Of a stretch of DNA of 64,000 nt, positions 1 through 10,088 are shown in pieces. Under the pieces are notes generated by a model. It worked only from the letters and a program-made list of their open reading frames with translations, was not told the origin of the DNA and searched no databases. The DNA is from Candidatus Hodarchaeota archaeon. Lineage in GTDB: Archaea; Asgardarchaeota; Lokiarchaeia; Sigyniarchaeales; SOKP01. The stretch lies in assembly GCA_048886685.1 (NCBI GenBank), contig JBHLKM010000010.1:87946-151945 (forward strand). The letters are read 5' to 3'. Within the stretch, counting starts at the first letter, position 1; the number at the start of each line of letters is the position of its first letter. The translations under genes and the position numbers were made by a program.

Positions 1-1
1 T

Positions 2-1633
2 GTTGGTGTAAATGTAGCATCAGATGCATTCATGACGGCGGCATATGCAGGTGCTCGAGGTGGAATGGTACTAGTTTCAGCAGATGATCCAAATTGTTAT
101 TCATCACAAAATGAACAAGATAATCGACATTACGGTTTACATGCTTTAGTTCCCGTTTTTGAACCTTCGACACCTCAAGAAGCTAAGGAACTAATTAAAT
201 ATGCATTTGATTTTTCTGAAAATTTTCATACTATAGTGTTATTTCGCACAACCACTCGATTAAATCATGGGAGAGGTGAGGTAATACTTGGAGAAATTGA
301 AGAAATTAAGAGAGAATATGGATTTGATTGGGATCGATCCCGTTGGGTATGTTTACCTTCACATTCACGAGTGCTTCGTCTAAGATTATTAGAAAGATTA
401 AAGGATATTTCTGAATTTGCAGATAATTTTCCATTTAATTTTTTAAAAATATCCAAAAAGAAAATTAATGGAAAGCGGATCGGCCTTGTTTCGGCTGGAG
501 TTCCGTATGCTCATTTAATAGATGCTCTTAACCATTTTGACATAAAAAATGATGTATCAATTCTTAAACTAGGAATGGTATATCCCCCTCCAAAGGAACT
601 AATTAAAAAATTATTTACATCAGTTGATAAAATTCTAGTTGTCGAAGAATTGGAACCTTTTATAGAAAATATGCTTAAACAAATAGCTTATGATGAAGGT
701 TTATGTAAAGAAATAGAAATTCATGGTAAAGATATATTTCCACAAAACGGGGAATTTTCAGCAGGACTTTATCTAGAGAATATAGCTGATTTTATGGATC
801 TAGAATATGAGGGTGTACCGGTTCCTAAAGATTTAATAATAATGCCCCCAAGACTTCCTATTCTATGTCCTGGCTGCTCTCATCGTGCAAGCTTTTACGC
901 GATAAAGCAAGTAGAGAAGAATCTGAAAACAAAATTCGTTAATTCATCCGATATAGGTTGTTATACATTAGCAGTTTACAAACCTCTTGAAGGTTTAGAT
1001 ACGGAGGTTTGTATGGGGGGTTCAATAGGATTAGCGAATGGGATTACTAAAATTCAGAGTAAAGAAAATCCAGTTTTAGCCATTTTAGGAGATTCTACAT
1101 TTTTTCATTCGGGTATACCTGCTCTGATAAATGCTGTTCATAACCAAAACAATATATTGATAATGATATTGGATAATAAATCAACAAGTATGACGGGGTT
1201 TCAAGATAATCCTGGAACAGGAATAAAAATCACAAAGGAATCAGGTACAAAAGTAAATATCGAAGATCTTGTAAAAGGATGTGGAGTTTCAGCTGAAAAT
1301 ATATGGATAGAAGATTCTAATAATTTAACCAAGATGATTGAGAAATTAGAGGAAGCGGTTAAAGCTGATGGAGTTAGAGTTTTTATTTCTAGGCACACTT
1401 GCTCTTTAGTAGAAATGAATGAATTTAAGTTAAAACAAATTGTACCTCCTACTATAAAGGTTGATCCAGAAAAGTGTACAGGATGTCTCATATGTGTTAA
1501 TAAATTTGGCTGTCCTTCAATAATATTTAATGAACAAGAAAAAAAGGCGATAATAGAGCAGGATACATGTAGAGGGTGTAAAGTTTGTATCGATGTATGT
1601 ATTCACGATGCTATTTTTGAGGAGGAAGCATAA
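2..1633 (+). CDS. iorA: Indolepyruvate:ferredoxin oxidoreductase alpha subunit (5' truncated by window edge)
   Basis: ADDP..SSQNEQDNR motif, LCPGCSHR, TPP motif GDSTFFHSG, C-terminal 2x[4Fe-4S] ferredoxin. The frame is open from base 2 (VGVNVASDAFM...). Confidence 0.93.
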   Translation, partial: VGVNVASDAFMTAAYAGARGGMVLVSADDPNCYSSQNEQDNRHYGLHALVPVFEPSTPQEAKELIKYAFDFSENFHTIVLFRTTTRLNHGRGEVILGEIEEIKREYGFDWDRSRWVCLPSHSRVLRLRLLERLKDISEFADNFPFNFLKISKKKINGKRIGLVSAGVPYAHLIDALNHFDIKNDVSILKLGMVYPPPKELIKKLFTSVDKILVVEELEPFIENMLKQIAYDEGLCKEIEIHGKDIFPQNGEFSAGLYLENIADFMDLEYEGVPVPKDLIIMPPRLPILCPGCSHRASFYAIKQVEKNLKTKFVNSSDIGCYTLAVYKPLEGLDTEVCMGGSIGLANGITKIQSKENPVLAILGDSTFFHSGIPALINAVHNQNNILIMILDNKSTSMTGFQDNPGTGIKITKESGTKVNIEDLVKGCGVSAENIWIEDSNNLTKMIEKLEEAVKADGVRVFISRHTCSLVEMNEFKLKQIVPPTIKVDPEKCTGCLICVNKFGCPSIIFNEQEKKAIIEQDTCRGCKVCIDVCIHDAIFEEEA

Positions 1634-1637
1634 CAAA

Positions 1638-3014
1638 ATGGTCTCTTTTTTCTTTTATCCTGAAACTATCGCAATTATTGGTGCTACTAATAACCCTAAA
1701 AAATTTGGAAATGCTGTTACTATCAATATCCTTAAGAATAAAAACCTTCGATATGAAGTTTTTCTTGTTTCACATAAATCTCAAGAAATTGAGGGTTTAA
1801 AATGTTTTAAGTCGATATTAGAGATTCCGAAAGAAATTGATATAGCAATTATTTTAGTCCCTGCAAGAGTGATTGATGAAGTAATTAATCAATGTATAGA
1901 AAAGAGAGTTAAGGGTATTATAATTGTAACTGCTGGCTTTAGTGAAATAAATAAAGAAGGAAAAAAAAAAGAACTTGAGATTACTGCTAAGTGTAAAGAA
2001 GTGGGAATTCGTATAATGGGACCTAATTGCGTAGGAATACAGAATTTAGAAATTGGATTAAATGCTTCATTCATTCAAACTGCACCCTCTGGAGATATTG
2101 GCATGATAAGTCAATCTGGCTCCTTTGGATGTGCAAGTTTTTATGCTATGGAGAGAGAATATATTGGGTGCTCAAAATTTGCGAATATAGGTAATAAAAT
2201 TGATGTTTCTTTCACAGAAATACTGGAATTCTTTAAGTCAGATCAAAACACTCGAATAATAGGAATTTATATGGAGACAATTGAAAATGGGAGAGAATTT
2301 GTAAATACCGTTAAAAAAATCGTGGTAGAAAAACCAATTGTTATATTAAAAGGAGGTAGAACTAGTTTGGGTATGAAAGCTGCTAGTAGCCATACAGGTT
2401 CAATTGCCACTAATTATAAAATGTTAAAAACCTCTATAAAACAAGCAGGAGCCGCATTATGTGAAACCGCAAATGACTATATTACTGCTCTTAAGACTTT
2501 CTCCTATTTACCAATTCCTAAAGGGGAAAAGATTGGTGTTCTTACTAATAGTGGAGGAAGCTCAGTTTTATTTAGCGATAAAACTGAGGAGCTTAATTTG
2601 AAATTGGTTGATTTTTCTGACGAATTTAAAGAAAAAGCATCTCCCTATCTAATACCACTAGTAAAATTTGTTAATCCCCTTGATATGATTGGAGGTTCAG
2701 ATGAAGATACTTATTATAATATAACTAAAATTATGCTTGAAGATCCTAACATTGATATTGTTGTTGCGTGTGTTGTAATCCCTCCATTTTTAGAAATGAA
2801 ATCAGATGAACATTATAAAGGAATGATAAATGCATGGAATGATACTGGGAGAAAGAAACCTTTAATCCCTTTAATTATGTTTGGTGAAGAGTTTATAAGT
2901 TTAAGAAATCATGTAAGAAAAGAAAAAGCGACAATCTTTTTCACTCCTCATGATGCTGCTTTCGCAATAAAATTATTAATTGATAGAATGAAATATATTA
3001 AACAAATTTTATAG
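1638..3014 (+). CDS. Acyl-CoA synthetase (NDP-forming), alpha/CoA-binding subunit
   Basis: PETIAIIGA CoA-binding start, MGPNCVG, ISQSG, phospho-His SHTG, NPLD. ATG at 1638 follows GGAGG and the iorA stop. Confidence 0.88.
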   Translation: MVSFFFYPETIAIIGATNNPKKFGNAVTINILKNKNLRYEVFLVSHKSQEIEGLKCFKSILEIPKEIDIAIILVPARVIDEVINQCIEKRVKGIIIVTAGFSEINKEGKKKELEITAKCKEVGIRIMGPNCVGIQNLEIGLNASFIQTAPSGDIGMISQSGSFGCASFYAMEREYIGCSKFANIGNKIDVSFTEILEFFKSDQNTRIIGIYMETIENGREFVNTVKKIVVEKPIVILKGGRTSLGMKAASSHTGSIATNYKMLKTSIKQAGAALCETANDYITALKTFSYLPIPKGEKIGVLTNSGGSSVLFSDKTEELNLKLVDFSDEFKEKASPYLIPLVKFVNPLDMIGGSDEDTYYNITKIMLEDPNIDIVVACVVIPPFLEMKSDEHYKGMINAWNDTGRKKPLIPLIMFGEEFISLRNHVRKEKATIFFTPHDAAFAIKLLIDRMKYIKQIL

Positions 3015-3051
3015 AAATTCTAGTTAGGTATAAGAAATTGACAAAATGAAG

Positions 3052-3468
3052 CTATAAAATTATCGTAAATCCACTCTTCTGGAGAGTTTTCACTGCTTCT
3101 TCTATAATATCGTCCTCCACCCGGACTATAAGCATTGAATCATCTTTCACCAAAGTAGAATAGCAATAGTCAATATTGATATCATTATCACCTAATGCTT
3201 TTGGAATTTGATATAACGCATTAGGATTATCATTTAATCTAATTGCAATAACTTCTGTAGTAGAAAGGAGATAGTCATTTTCTTCTAAAAGAGTCATGCA
3301 TTGTTCCGGCTTATCTACTAAAACCAATAACAACCCATATTCAGATGTTTTAGCAACAGTTAGAGCTCTAATAAAAATTTTATTATCCATTAATAATTTA
3401 ATAAATTTTGCTAATACACCTGGTCTATCTTCGAGAAATACACTTAGTTGTATCATATTAAAGGTCAA
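3052..3468 (-). CDS. Tandem ACT-domain protein
   Basis: QLSVFLEDRPGVLA and a second ACT repeat (NDINIDYCYS). This type is often found near ior/phenylacetate-CoA ligase genes. Alternative ATG at 3456. Confidence 0.85.
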   Translation of the reverse strand: MTFNMIQLSVFLEDRPGVLAKFIKLLMDNKIFIRALTVAKTSEYGLLLVLVDKPEQCMTLLEENDYLLSTTEVIAIRLNDNPNALYQIPKALGDNDINIDYCYSTLVKDDSMLIVRVEDDIIEEAVKTLQKSGFTIIL

Positions 3469-3591
3469 ATTTTTATTAACTTTTTAGCTGTAAATTTTAA
3501 TATTGCCTTTTTTTTAAATTTAGTAATAATAATTAATTTACTATTATCATTTTTATTTCAGTAAGAAGTAAATTACTAAAGATCAACTTCC

Positions 3592-4350
3592 ATGACAAAA
3601 GATTTTTATGATAAGCATAAGAATTTTTCTTTTAGAACGTTAATAGATTATTACATTTCTCCAGGGATAAAATGTAAATTTGATCTTTTAAAGGCAAATA
3701 TTGATACAAAGAAAAAATTTAACTATGGGATTGATCTTGGTTCTTCTGGGAATTCATTTCTATTCTTTTTAGATAATATAAGTCAAAAATTTTCTTTAGA
3801 TATAGCAGAATTTCCCCTAGGACAATATATTAAGAAAAGTAATTGGCATCCTTTATGTGGTGACCTCATGAAATTACCTTATCGAGATGGTTCTTTTGAT
3901 TTCTTAAGTGCTATTGATGTATTGGAACACATAAGGAATGATGAATCTGCTGTTTCTGAAATAAGCAGGATTTTAAAGAAAAATGGGATCATTGTTATAA
4001 CAGTGCCCCATAGAATGAAATACTTTACCCAACAAGATATTTTAATTGGCCATCATAGGAGATACGAAATCAACAAAATAACTTCTCTTTTTGAACGATA
4101 TAACTTAAAAATGATTCGTACTTTTGGTGTATATGGGCAACTAATGAGGATTGCTGATATTCAGTCAACTAATCCTAAAAAAATTGAACAGAATATAATA
4201 AATTTACGAACCCGATACATGTTTAATGGCGGATTTAGGAAGATCTGGGATTTTTTTATGAAAATAAGTTCTACTATCATGAAGATAGATGCGAAATATC
4301 ATTCATTAAAGAATATTATGAATATTGGATTAATTTTTAGGAAGATTTAG
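3592..4350 (+). CDS. Class I SAM-dependent methyltransferase
   Basis: DLGSSG motif I, GDLMKLPYRDGSFD, DVLEHI, RILKKNG. Confidence 0.85.
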   Translation: MTKDFYDKHKNFSFRTLIDYYISPGIKCKFDLLKANIDTKKKFNYGIDLGSSGNSFLFFLDNISQKFSLDIAEFPLGQYIKKSNWHPLCGDLMKLPYRDGSFDFLSAIDVLEHIRNDESAVSEISRILKKNGIIVITVPHRMKYFTQQDILIGHHRRYEINKITSLFERYNLKMIRTFGVYGQLMRIADIQSTNPKKIEQNIINLRTRYMFNGGFRKIWDFFMKISSTIMKIDAKYHSLKNIMNIGLIFRKI

Positions 4351-4369
4351 GATCTTTAATTATGGTTCT

Positions 4370-4798
4370 TTAAGATGCCTCTTTTTTTAACTTATCAAAT
4401 AATTTCTTGTACTCGTCAATATATTTTTCTTCATTGGATTCATCGATTTTTTGTAAAAGTTCAATAGATTTAGTTAATACTTCAGACTTTTTCTTTATTT
4501 GTTCAAGAAATTGCTGCTTATTAAAATGAGCCCTTGAAATATCGATCTTATCTTTTACCTCTAAGATTGATGTTTCAATTTCTTTTTGTGATTCAATTAC
4601 GCTATTAATTACACCCAATTCTAGTTTTTTCTTTCTTTCGTCTAGCTTTATACAATTTTCACAAACAATTTCTTCGTCCTTTTCTTGCTTTCTTAATTTT
4701 TCTCCTTTATTCATCATAAAGGGATTCTTACAGCGCTCACACGCGACAAGCTCCAGCAAAAGCTTATCAGAGTTGGAATTGGGCATATTAAGAATCAA
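4370..4798 (-). CDS. Hypothetical protein, CxxC...CxxC Zn-finger plus coiled coil
   Basis: CERC and CENC pairs followed by a K/E-rich helical tail. Confidence 0.6.
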   Translation of the reverse strand: MILNMPNSNSDKLLLELVACERCKNPFMMNKGEKLRKQEKDEEIVCENCIKLDERKKKLELGVINSVIESQKEIETSILEVKDKIDISRAHFNKQQFLEQIKKKSEVLTKSIELLQKIDESNEEKYIDEYKKLFDKLKKEAS

Positions 4799-4916
4799 AT
4801 AGTTCTTAATTTTAAATATTTATCTATAATAATTATCTTGTTTTTATAATATATTATTATTCCATTAAATCTCAGTTTTTAGAAAAGTAATAATACCGTA
4901 ATGTATTTCAAGTTAT

Positions 4917-5717
4917 ATGGATCTTGGAGTAATTATCATCTTACTAATTTTTGGATTAATTTTTGGGATGATTAGTTCTATTACAGGAATAGGGGGTGGG
5001 GCGTTATATATGTCATTGATGGTTTTGCTATTCACTATCCCTATTGATGAGGCAAGGGATACATCAACTTTTATAATAGTCCTTTTCTCTGGCGCCGCAT
5101 TTATCAGTTACTTCAGACAAGGAAAAGTAGATCTCAAATTATCTTTAATTTTCGCTTTCCTTGCATTATTGGGTGGTATTACAGCAACCATTTTCTTCCT
5201 TTTATTTCCAATTGATAATTATATTCTAAAAATAATTATTGCATCAGTTGTATTTGCTTCAGGACTCAATATGATACGCAAGGCTATAAAAAGTTATAAT
5301 TTAGATAAAAAAAATAATGATGTTTTAGAAATAGAATTCTCATTTGAGAATTATGATTATAAATTAAAATTGATAAAAGGGATTCCTCTGTTCTTTTTTG
5401 CAGGTTTCGTTGCATATGTAAGTGGTATTGGAGGAGGTATGTTATTTGTACCAATTCTCAGTATAATTTTTAACATTCCAATCCATTACACAACAGCAAT
5501 ATCTGCTTCTATGATTTTCTTTATCGGAATATATAATGCTGGTGTTAGAATGATTATAGGTGAAATTCACTATCTCATTGGGATATTAATAGGAATCGGA
5601 GCAATTACTGGTTCATTATTAGGTGCGAGAACATCGAGTAAAATCCCAAAAGACTATCTCCAATTTGGGGTGGCAGTAATATTAATAATTTTATCGATTA
5701 GGTTGTACTTTGTATAA
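4917..5717 (+). CDS. TauE/SafE family sulfite exporter
   Basis: Two GIGGG repeats and about 8 hydrophobic segments. Confidence 0.88.
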   Translation: MDLGVIIILLIFGLIFGMISSITGIGGGALYMSLMVLLFTIPIDEARDTSTFIIVLFSGAAFISYFRQGKVDLKLSLIFAFLALLGGITATIFFLLFPIDNYILKIIIASVVFASGLNMIRKAIKSYNLDKKNNDVLEIEFSFENYDYKLKLIKGIPLFFFAGFVAYVSGIGGGMLFVPILSIIFNIPIHYTTAISASMIFFIGIYNAGVRMIIGEIHYLIGILIGIGAITGSLLGARTSSKIPKDYLQFGVAVILIILSIRLYFV

Positions 5718-5811
5718 GGTTAATTTATAAATTTATAAATTTTAAAACTTAATCTTTAATTGGATAGAGATTAATAAAAACATTAAAAATAACTATAGGA
5801 GGAGTAATTTC

Positions 5812-6042
5812 ATGGTAAAAGTAAAAGATATTGAAAATCTAATGGATGATTTTATGATTGAACCAGATGATAAATTTATTGATATAAAAAGATACCTTCT
5901 TAGTGAATTCGAATGGAAAGTAGATCCTTTAAAAAAATCTCAATTTATGATTAGAGGCATTCCTATAGAAGATGATATGAAATTAGGTGACCTTCTGAAA
6001 GCTTATTTGCCTGAAGAAATGGTTGTTCTGAAAGAACTATAA
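5812..6042 (+). CDS. Small ubiquitin-like (beta-grasp) protein without C-terminal GG
   Basis: 76 aa, strong SD (AGGAGGAG). Aligns by eye to ubiquitin: IEPDD/VEPSD, DIK/NVK, FMIRGIPIEDDMKLGD/LIFAGKQLEDGRTLSD. Confidence 0.6.
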   Translation: MVKVKDIENLMDDFMIEPDDKFIDIKRYLLSEFEWKVDPLKKSQFMIRGIPIEDDMKLGDLLKAYLPEEMVVLKEL

Positions 6043-6062
6043 ATTTATTATTATTAATAAAC

Positions 6063-6103
6063 GCTCTATCTTCAAAAACAAGCTTTATTGCTTTTGAAAG
6101 AGC
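6063..6103. repeat. Inverted repeat/hairpin downstream of the ubiquitin-like gene
   Basis: GCTCT-atc-TTCAAAA-a-CAA-gcttta-TTG-c-TTTTGAA-AGAGC. Confidence 0.5.
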
Positions 6104-6257
6104 TATTATTTTGACTTCTCTTCCTGCTTATTCCATATGCATTTTTTTCAAATTATTGTATCAAAATATATTTTGATTTTTCTATGCTAAAAAATCTTAA
6201 ATCGTTTTAAGAATAGTATAAATTAATTTATCATAACGAATGAAGTGAATTTATGTA

Positions 6258-7073
6258 ATGAGTAGTGGCTTTAGGCTTCTTCGAGTAGAATATATCTTTT
6301 CTGTAATAATACCCTGCTTATTATGTGTATATTTGAACGATTATGATGTAGTTTCTCATACTTGGTTATTAGCTGGTTTTTCATTTTATGCAATTACTGG
6401 AAACACTCTTAATGATGTCATTGACATGAAAGATCCGAGAGAAAAAGAAACTCTAGAAAGAGTAAAAGGTTATGGGAGAAAAGAAATTGCTGTTCTTGCT
6501 GTAGCAAGCTTTATGCTAGGAACGATATGTTTCATGAATGAAATTTTAGAGAAACCAATTCTAGGATTTTATCTAGTGATAATCATATTTATGGTAGTTT
6601 TCTATTGTATGTTCAAAAAACTTGTTATTATCAACCATATTATTTTAGGAGTTTCTCATATAATTCTACCATATTTTATGATAAAAATTAACGCAGGGGA
6701 TGATATCATAAAATTATTTCCTAATATGGAGTTGGATGAGTCTTTAATATTAGCAACTATAACTGCAGTAGCTTTCACTGGACAAATGGTTCATGAAATG
6801 ATTGATGGAGATTCTCTAGCACAATTAAATCCAAAAGCATCTCAACTAATAATTTGGATTGCCTGTACAATTTCATTACTTATTGCTGTAATTTCCTTTA
6901 TTATTACTACATATTGGATATTTATACCAATCGTCTTTTTTCCATTAGGGATAATGTACATTTTTAGAAAACCAAGGAATAATTTATTAGGAAGAACCTC
7001 GTTAAAAGATACGGGGATTATATTAGGGAATTTAATGCTTATTTATATGATTATTCTAATTATAGCACCTTGA
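6258..7073 (+). CDS. UbiA-family prenyltransferase
   Basis: Asp-rich GNTLNDVIDMKD motif, second acidic motif HEMIDGD, polytopic membrane protein. Confidence 0.78.
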   Translation: MSSGFRLLRVEYIFSVIIPCLLCVYLNDYDVVSHTWLLAGFSFYAITGNTLNDVIDMKDPREKETLERVKGYGRKEIAVLAVASFMLGTICFMNEILEKPILGFYLVIIIFMVVFYCMFKKLVIINHIILGVSHIILPYFMIKINAGDDIIKLFPNMELDESLILATITAVAFTGQMVHEMIDGDSLAQLNPKASQLIIWIACTISLLIAVISFIITTYWIFIPIVFFPLGIMYIFRKPRNNLLGRTSLKDTGIILGNLMLIYMIILIIAP

Positions 7074-7182
7074 TTTCAGATTCAATTATTCTTTTTTTAG
7101 TAATTTGGGAAACAATAAGTTTGTAAAGAGTTTTTTATTTAAGTTTACTAATCCTAGATTAATAATTTACTTTAAACTACTT

Positions 7183-8247
7183 ATGTCACAAGAAATTGAT
7201 CTAATTAGTCATAAATTTCTAAAGAAAGCGAAATACCAGAAAATTATTAATGAAAAAATTACCCAATGTTTAACATGTGAAAGAAGATGTAAAATATCGG
7301 AAGGAACATTAGGTCATTGTCAAACTAGATATAATTTAAATGGAACTATCTATACCATTGTTTTTGGATGCAATGCGGGTCTTTCAAACAATCCTATTGA
7401 AAAAAAACCACTCTATCACTTTTTTCCAGGTACTAGAGCACTTACTATCGGCAGTTTTGGGTGTAATTTTGATTGTTTCTGGTGCCAAAATTATCATATG
7501 TCCCATCCTGGAAATAATATTTTAGAAATAATGAGTAAATATAACAGATTTATTTCTCCAAAACATTTTATTGATCTGGCTTTAAAAGAAGGCTGTCAAG
7601 GTACCTCTATTTCGTTTAATGAGCCTACTTTATTATTTGAATATTCATTGGAAGTTTTTAAACTAGCTAGGCAAAATGAATTGTATAATACTTATGTATC
7701 GAATGGTTATATGACAGAGAGTGTTTTAAACGATTTAGTAGGTGCAGGGCTTGATGCAATGAATATTGATATCAAAGGAGAAAAAGATATGGTTCAGAAA
7801 TATTGCGGTGTTAATGTAGAAAATGTGTGGAGAAATGCTAAATTAGCAAAAGAATTAGGGGTACATATCGAAATTACAACACTACTTATTACTAAATTAA
7901 ACACCAATGAATCCACAATAAGATATATATCAAAAAGAATTATCAAGGAATTGGGAGATGATACCCCATTTCACTTATCACGATTTTTTCCACAATTCAA
8001 GTCTTATGATCACGGTATTAATAATCCAACTCCTATAAATTACTTAAATAATGCATATAAAATAGCAAAAAATGAAGGTTTAAAATTTGTGTATCTTGGT
8101 AATATGCCTAGTAATGAATATGATAAAACAATTTGTCCTAATTGCTCTAAAATAGTAATTGAAAGAGCTTTTTTTGGTGTAAAGAAATTAGATTTGGATA
8201 TCTACGGAAATTGTAAATACTGTGGATTTCCAATTAGTATAATTTAA
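7183..8247 (+). CDS. AmmeMemoRadiSam-type radical SAM enzyme (PFL-activase-like)
   Basis: CLTCERRC N-terminal Cys cluster, PIEKKPLYHF, CNFDCFWC, NEPT, C-terminal CPNC/CKYCG. ATG 7183 preferred over TTG 7105. Confidence 0.9.
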   Translation: MSQEIDLISHKFLKKAKYQKIINEKITQCLTCERRCKISEGTLGHCQTRYNLNGTIYTIVFGCNAGLSNNPIEKKPLYHFFPGTRALTIGSFGCNFDCFWCQNYHMSHPGNNILEIMSKYNRFISPKHFIDLALKEGCQGTSISFNEPTLLFEYSLEVFKLARQNELYNTYVSNGYMTESVLNDLVGAGLDAMNIDIKGEKDMVQKYCGVNVENVWRNAKLAKELGVHIEITTLLITKLNTNESTIRYISKRIIKELGDDTPFHLSRFFPQFKSYDHGINNPTPINYLNNAYKIAKNEGLKFVYLGNMPSNEYDKTICPNCSKIVIERAFFGVKKLDLDIYGNCKYCGFPISII

Positions 8248-8315
8248 TTTTTTCTTAAGTGTTTTCTAATTTTGGAACATTAAAAATATATTTTTGTGAA
8301 TAATAATATATTCAC

Positions 8316-9149
8316 ATGAGCGAAATTTCATTTGCAGATGTTGAAGGAATAAAATTATCTTATAGAATTAAGGGTGAAGGATATCCCATCTTTCTTATAC
8401 ATGGTTTTGCAAAAAAAGAATTCTGGATTGGGCAAATAGATGCTTTATCCAAAGAGTTTAAAGTGATTTGGTTTGATAATCGCGGAGTAGGAGAATCTGA
8501 TCGTCCAAATATGCCTTATACAATGAAGATGTTAGTAGAAGATTTAAAAGATTTAATGGATTTACTTGATATTCAAAAAACTCATTTAATAGGTCATTCA
8601 CTTGGGAGTTTTATAGCTCAAAACTTTGCTTTAACATATCCTGAGCGTGTTAATAAATTAATACTACTAAGTACAAATCCAGGGTTACCAGATAAAAAAG
8701 GTGCTGATATATTTAAAGACAATCAAATTGCTCTATATGAAGCAAGGATTGCAGATCCTATTGCTGGTTTCTATACCAAGATGAAAGTAAGATTTACACG
8801 CGAATTTCTCAAAATGATGAGAGCTGATCCTACGAAAAAATTACATGGAATCTTTTCTGCTGAAGATCTTATTAAGAGTGAAAATGAGAATCCTTGGACT
8901 CCTCAAGATATTATTAATCATTCTAATGCATTAGCAGATCATAATACATTAGATAACCTCCATAAAATTAAGCATGAAACCTTGATAATTGCTGGAGAAA
9001 AGGATAGATTAACCCCAAAAATATCAAATGAACAAGTTCATAAAAAAATTCCTAATAGTGAACTTAGAATTGTTTCAGGAGGGCATTATTTTCCATTAGA
9101 AAACGCACCTGAGGTAAACAAAATAATTTTCGATTTTCTTAAAAGCTAA
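8316..9149 (+). CDS. Alpha/beta hydrolase (paralogue 1)
   Basis: HGF, DNRGVGES, GHSLG nucleophile, GEKD, GHYFP. Confidence 0.9.
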   Translation: MSEISFADVEGIKLSYRIKGEGYPIFLIHGFAKKEFWIGQIDALSKEFKVIWFDNRGVGESDRPNMPYTMKMLVEDLKDLMDLLDIQKTHLIGHSLGSFIAQNFALTYPERVNKLILLSTNPGLPDKKGADIFKDNQIALYEARIADPIAGFYTKMKVRFTREFLKMMRADPTKKLHGIFSAEDLIKSENENPWTPQDIINHSNALADHNTLDNLHKIKHETLIIAGEKDRLTPKISNEQVHKKIPNSELRIVSGGHYFPLENAPEVNKIIFDFLKS

Positions 9150-9166
9150 GATACGTTCTACTTATT

Positions 9167-10012
9167 ATGACAGAAGCTTTTGCTGATGTTAATGGTATAA
9201 CAGTTTGCTATGGTATTCAAGGTGAAGGTTTTCCATTAATCCTTCTTCACGGTTTTGGCTCCAAAAAAGAGAGCTTTATGGCACAAATCCCTGATTTATC
9301 TAGGCATTTCCAGGTTATCACGGTTGATATGAGGGGGGCTGGAAAGAGCTCAAGACCAAATTACCATTATTCTATGGACATGTTTGCTGATGATGTTAAA
9401 GGATTGATGGACTACCTAAAGATTGATACGGCTCATTTAGTTGGTTTTTCATTTGGGGGGATGATAGCTCAAAAGTTTGTCTTGAAATATCCTTTACATG
9501 TAGCTAAACTTATTCTTATCAATACATCAGGTTTACTGAAGATACCCAAGGAGTATGATCCGGAACCTTATATTCAATTCAGAATAAAAAGTTTAGAATT
9601 AATTAAACATGATCCTGTTAAAGCTTTTTGGCAGAGTACTCAATTAGGATTTCCTCAAGAATTTAGGGAAGAAATGTTGGCAAATCAGAAGAAGAAATTC
9701 TACGGATTATGGTCTGTGGAAGATCTTATTGATTATTACACAACTGATCCTCCTACACCTCAAGACATTCGAAATATTGCATATTCTTTCAAAACTTTAA
9801 ATTTTTCTAATAGACTACATGAAATTAAGAATGAAACTCTATTACTTACAGCATCTCATGACGTTCTCGTTCCTAAAGAAAGAATGTTTGAGATGCACAA
9901 GTTATTAACAAACAGTATGGTTAAAGTAATAGAAAAAGCAGGTCATGAATCTCCAAAATCTAATGCACCGGAAGTAAATCAAGCCATCATTGAGTTTTTA
10001 GGAAGAAATTAA
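9167..10012 (+). CDS. Alpha/beta hydrolase (paralogue 2)
   Basis: HGF, DMRGAGKS, GFSFG, ASHD, GHESP. Confidence 0.9.
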   Translation: MTEAFADVNGITVCYGIQGEGFPLILLHGFGSKKESFMAQIPDLSRHFQVITVDMRGAGKSSRPNYHYSMDMFADDVKGLMDYLKIDTAHLVGFSFGGMIAQKFVLKYPLHVAKLILINTSGLLKIPKEYDPEPYIQFRIKSLELIKHDPVKAFWQSTQLGFPQEFREEMLANQKKKFYGLWSVEDLIDYYTTDPPTPQDIRNIAYSFKTLNFSNRLHEIKNETLLLTASHDVLVPKERMFEMHKLLTNSMVKVIEKAGHESPKSNAPEVNQAIIEFLGRN

Positions 10013-10088
10013 CGCAAAATTATTAATTACTAAATTATTAGTAAATTTATCACTATTAGAAAATTTTAATCTTGGTTTATGGGGATTA

